Below, piece by piece: positions 60,377 to 64,000 of a DNA stretch of 64,000 bases. Source of the DNA: Candidatus Poribacteria bacterium (GTDB lineage Bacteria > Poribacteria > WGA-4E > PCPOR2b); the NCBI GenBank assembly GCA_965215015.1, contig OZ244042.1, positions 5,280,001-5,344,000 of the forward strand, read 5' to 3'. The notes beneath the pieces are model-generated. The model did not search any database, was not told the origin of the DNA, and worked only from the letters and a program-made list of their open reading frames with translations. The first letter of the stretch is position 1. Every line of letters starts with the position of its first letter. The translations under genes and the position numbers were made by a program.

Positions 60377-60754
60377 ATGATAACACGTATAAAGACGTTT
60401 ATTCGAAACATTCGGGCTGAATGGGATAAGGTATCCAAGCCGGACCGGAAGGAAGTGCAAGGCAATACCCTTGTGGTGATTGTGGCTTGTGTAATTTTGG
60501 GAATTTTCCTCTGGATCGTTGACGGAAATACAGAGTATCCCGGGTGGGTTTCTATACACGGTATCATTTTACTGGTAGGAATTATCGTGTGTGTAACCGT
60601 GGTTGCAAAACGCTATACACCGAGATGGCCAATTGCGTTTTTAATTTCCCTCATTCCATTGATAGTTGTGGCTGCTTCCTATTTCGCTCTCAACTATTCC
60701 ATTGAAGGTTTCGGGCTGGCTTTGTTACGTAGCCTGTTCATTCGGACAGGTTAA
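60377..60754 (+). CDS. secE: Preprotein translocase subunit SecE with extra TM segments
   Basis: FIRNIRAEWDKVSKPDRKEVQGNTLVVIV...LWIVD; lies between tRNA-Trp and nusG. Confidence 0.88.
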   Translation: MITRIKTFIRNIRAEWDKVSKPDRKEVQGNTLVVIVACVILGIFLWIVDGNTEYPGWVSIHGIILLVGIIVCVTVVAKRYTPRWPIAFLISLIPLIVVAASYFALNYSIEGFGLALLRSLFIRTG

Positions 60755-60794
60755 TCCGCGGGCAAGTCTAACTGATTTCAGATGTAGGTGCGTT

Positions 60795-61340
60795 ATGGAC
60801 GGTTTTTGGTATATTCTTCATATCTATTCTGGGCATGAAAAAAAGGTAAAACTAAACCTTGAGCAACGGGCGCGAGCGTTGGGGTTAGAGGAAGAAGTTT
60901 GCCAAGTAATTGTTCCAACCAAAGAGGTTGTAGAAATTAAAAACGGCAAAAAACGGACATTTGAACGTCCATCTTACCCCGGCTATCTCCTCGTCCAGAC
61001 AGCACACGAACTTCGCGCAGATGCTTCAAACGAGGCAAGTCAGCGGAGTTGGCACCTCATCCAAGATACGCCGAGTGTTATGGATGTTATTGCCCCACTT
61101 ACTGAAGAAGAGGTTCAGCATGTTCTCAATCTGTCAACAGATGAGGAGAAAAAGCCGGCACCTCCAATGGTAGAGCACGCGATTGGCGATAAAGTCCGAG
61201 TGATTGATGGCCCGTTTAAGGAGTTTCCCGCAGAGATTAATGGGATTGACGCAGATAGACAACGCCTACATTTGACGATTTCTATCCTAGGCAGATCTAC
61301 GCCGATTGAACTGGATCATTTCCAGGTAGAAAAGATATAG
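60795..61340 (+). CDS. nusG: Transcription termination/antitermination factor NusG
   Basis: WYILHIYSGHEKKVK, YPGYLLV, KOW motif GDKVRVIDGPF and ILGRSTPIEL. Confidence 0.96.
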   Translation: MDGFWYILHIYSGHEKKVKLNLEQRARALGLEEEVCQVIVPTKEVVEIKNGKKRTFERPSYPGYLLVQTAHELRADASNEASQRSWHLIQDTPSVMDVIAPLTEEEVQHVLNLSTDEEKKPAPPMVEHAIGDKVRVIDGPFKEFPAEINGIDADRQRLHLTISILGRSTPIELDHFQVEKI

Positions 61341-61347
61341 GTTCCAT

Positions 61348-61734
61348 TTGCAAGAGGAATTAGCGGAGTTGCCGATTGGTGAATTGGGACGCCGGATTGA
61401 GCAAGCAATTCAGAAGTTAATCGGTGAGAGACAGGAGCAGCACCCTGAAGGTCCAGAGAAACCGAGGGATTAGGAGGGGAACGCCATGTTCAGGCTATCC
61501 TATGACAAAAGGCTGTTCCGTTTGGCCCTTTCAATTTTCTTATTATTGATAGCGAAAACCCCAGTCCCCGCCGTTGGTGCTGACGGTAAACTTATCTTCA
61601 GCCATAGGGTTGAATTGTGGACGATGAACCCCGACGGCACCAATCCGCAAGCTCTAGGCATTGAAGGGAGGCAACCGAGTTGGTCGCCAGATGGCAGCCA
61701 AATTGTGTTTATAGTTTACCACCGTGGCGATAAA
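61348..61734 (+). repeat. Direct duplication of 63614-64000 (offset 2266 bp)
   Basis: TTGCAAGAGGAATTAGCGGAG... through ...CACCGTGGCGATAAA is highly similar in both copies. Confidence 0.92.
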
Positions 61735-62469
61735 ATGGGAGGCAAAAACCGGTTTACCGAAACGTTCATCATCAATGCCGACGGGAGTGACCGGCGTTTG
61801 CTGATGAGTACCCAACATTTAGAGTGGAGATTGGATAGCCTTCCGGTCTGGTCTCCAGATGGCAGCCGCATCGCTTTTTTTTCTAATCGTCCCGGGCGAG
61901 ATGACATTTTCGTCATTGATGTTGCGGGGGAGAATCTGACCAATTTGACGAATTCACCAGAGATTCATGAACGCGTCCCATCGTGGTCTCCGGATGGGAC
62001 GCATATCCTGTATAAATCATGGGATGACCATTTTCACACGCTGCGTTTAGCCGATGGGCATAAAACACAGGTGACTCAGGCCCAAGGAGATCGCCGCTTC
62101 CCCGTCTGGTCGCCGGATGGGAAACAGATTGCCTTCGCCGGCGATGTACGGGGTGAGGTAGATAATTTGGATATCTATATCATGGACATCGAAACCGGCG
62201 TCGAAGAACGACTGACAGTCCACCCTGACGATGATTTTCGCCCTGCATGGTCTCCGGATGGGAAGCATATCGTGTTTGAATCCAAGGGGGATGGGGGGTA
62301 CGATCTCTATCGTATCACGGTCGCTTCAGGAGAAGTGGTCCGGTTAACCCAGCTCCATGAAGTCAATGGATTTTTCTCAGATTGGTGTTGCATCGGGGCG
62401 TGGCCGGCAAACGTCAATCCGCGCCATCGCGAACTAATTCGGTGGGGACAGTTGAAAGTCAATCGCTGA
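61486..62469 (+). CDS. Secreted TolB-like PD40 repeat protein
   Basis: Signal peptide; five PxWSPDG repeats; C-terminus VNPRHRELIRWGQLKVNR. Confidence 0.9.
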   Translation: MFRLSYDKRLFRLALSIFLLLIAKTPVPAVGADGKLIFSHRVELWTMNPDGTNPQALGIEGRQPSWSPDGSQIVFIVYHRGDKMGGKNRFTETFIINADGSDRRLLMSTQHLEWRLDSLPVWSPDGSRIAFFSNRPGRDDIFVIDVAGENLTNLTNSPEIHERVPSWSPDGTHILYKSWDDHFHTLRLADGHKTQVTQAQGDRRFPVWSPDGKQIAFAGDVRGEVDNLDIYIMDIETGVEERLTVHPDDDFRPAWSPDGKHIVFESKGDGGYDLYRITVASGEVVRLTQLHEVNGFFSDWCCIGAWPANVNPRHRELIRWGQLKVNR

Positions 62470-63079
62470 TTAAACGGATTAAAGGATGCCACAGATTAAA
62501 TCCGCGAAGTCAATAGGAGACGATAGTAGTTGACCCGAGCGAAATTCACGCTGCTATTTGCGATTTTACTGAATCCGTATAGCGTCTCCTGACATTGAGA
62601 TAGGATCGGCAGAAGCACCGGGGACAACTGTAGTTACACCCACTACACCAAACGCTTCTTGAGAAATGCGAGCCCAACTCAACATCAACCTCATGTTTCC
62701 CCTCACGCTCGGGGGTACCTCGATGGCAGGATGCGGCATAAATCTGCCAGCAGGTAAAGGAGATATATGGTAGGACTCACGCATTTCCACAGGGAACACC
62801 GCTCGTTGTTCCCTACGAACCCCTTATCGCACCTTTACTGTATATAGTTGCCCGATTCATCGGGCGTTGGTAACGGTGTCCAGCGGCGATAAATCGCCGA
62901 GGATACCGTGACTCTTGTGCTAGAGTCATGGCTCAACCCACCCTGAACATTGCGCGACCTTTTCTGGTGTTGGCTTTGAGCGTTCAATCGCGTAATTCCT
63001 AGTATGATATAATGCAACTGTCTTCGAGAAAACCTGATGCGATATTTTATTTCAATCCTAATTTAACAAGGAATTCAAG

Positions 63080-63739
63080 ATGAAACAGAGAAGCTTTACC
63101 CATCAATTGACTGTGTGGGCCGTGGCCGTTGCCATTCTAATCATCGTCTATCCAGCACAAGCGTCAATCGTCGGTGCGTTGACATTAGACGATTTGCTAC
63201 GCGGTTCAACACTGATTGTCCAAGGCGAGGTCTCGCGAATCCACAGCCAGTTCGACCCAAACCACAGAACAATCTATACGGAACTTGATATTAGATACCG
63301 CGCTAACGATGGCATCCTCTTTGAGGACCGTGAAAAGAATGACAGCGTCAGAAGGCGCTCTCCCAATACTGTGACACTTAAATTGCTCGGTGGCAGTGCC
63401 AATGTGCCTACGCCCCAAGGCGTCAAGAGACGGGTCTTAGTGGTTGTGGGCAACCCCGGATTTCAAGTCGGTGAAAGGGTGCTGCTGTTTGCGTCTCCGG
63501 GAAAAAATGAGTTTTTGGGTTTCTTTCGGTTGTCTGGTATGGCACAAGGGAAGTGGCGTATCGAAAACGGCGTAGCGAAACGGAGCAGCGGCGGGGCTCA
63601 AATTATTGGTCAGTTGCAAGAGGAATTAGCGGAGTTACCGATTGGTGAATTGGGACGCCGGATTGAGCAAGCGATTCAGAAGTTAATCGGTGAGAGACAG
63701 GAGCAGAACCCTGAAGGTCCAGAGAAACCGAGGGATTAG
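63080..63739 (+). CDS. Secreted hypothetical protein
   Basis: Signal peptide (AQA cleavage); LTLDDLLRGSTLIVQGEV...IYT...GG...PGFQVGERVLLF pattern; AAGGA RBS. Confidence 0.75.
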   Translation: MKQRSFTHQLTVWAVAVAILIIVYPAQASIVGALTLDDLLRGSTLIVQGEVSRIHSQFDPNHRTIYTELDIRYRANDGILFEDREKNDSVRRRSPNTVTLKLLGGSANVPTPQGVKRRVLVVVGNPGFQVGERVLLFASPGKNEFLGFFRLSGMAQGKWRIENGVAKRSSGGAQIIGQLQEELAELPIGELGRRIEQAIQKLIGERQEQNPEGPEKPRD

Positions 63740-63751
63740 GAGGGGGACGCC

Positions 63752-64000
63752 ATGTTCAGGCTATCCTATGACAAAAGACTGTTCCGTTTGGCCATTTCAA
63801 TTTTCTTATTATTGATAGCGAAAATCCCGGACTTCGCTGCTGCTGCGGAGGGTAAACTTGTCTTCAGCCATAGGGGTGAATTGTGGACGATGAACCCCGA
63901 CGGCACCAATCGGCAAGCTCTAGGCATTGAAGGGGGGCAACCGAGTTGGTCGCCAGATGGCAGCCAAATTGTGTTTATAGTTTACCACCGTGGCGATAAA
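63752..64000 (+). CDS. Second TolB-like PD40 protein paralog, truncated by the window end
   Basis: MFRLSYDKRLFRLAISIFLL...PSWSPDG, near-identical to the 61486 gene; AGGAGG RBS. Confidence 0.85.
   Translation, partial: MFRLSYDKRLFRLAISIFLLLIAKIPDFAAAAEGKLVFSHRGELWTMNPDGTNRQALGIEGGQPSWSPDGSQIVFIVYHRGDK

Noticed and set aside
62566-62799. 77-aa minus-strand ORF between the duplicated genes
   Set aside because: No recognisable motif or RBS and it starts inside a REP-like palindrome; it may be a gene remnant but cannot be supported.

Overview
Bacterial chromosomal window. The gene content (PhyH dioxygenase, FGE-sulfatase, several TolB/PD40 and TPR proteins, sugar isomerases, DUF3604, a 'VxP...WGxLK' C-terminal motif) suggests Candidatus Poribacteria, which is an inference. 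It holds about 40 metabolic, transport and housekeeping genes, a tRNA(Thr-Tyr-Gly-Thr)-rpmG-tRNA(Trp)-secE-nusG block that lacks tuf and rplK, and three candidate defence loci: an Rpn/YhgA-like nuclease followed by a tandem array of separately translatable C-terminal (RpnS-like) cassettes, a Type ISP restriction-modification enzyme with a membrane protein, and an ABC/AAA ATPase plus PD-(D/E)xK-like pair. Intergenic DNA carries many GTAG-type REP palindromes, tandem arrays (79, ~105, 152, 248 and ~302 bp units) and mosaic repeats that contain decayed tnpB 3' sequence. There are three IS200/IS605 right-end/omegaRNA-like sequences, one standing alone behind a putative promoter. No CRISPR array or intact transposase was seen. 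All family assignments are from motif recognition by eye, not database searches.
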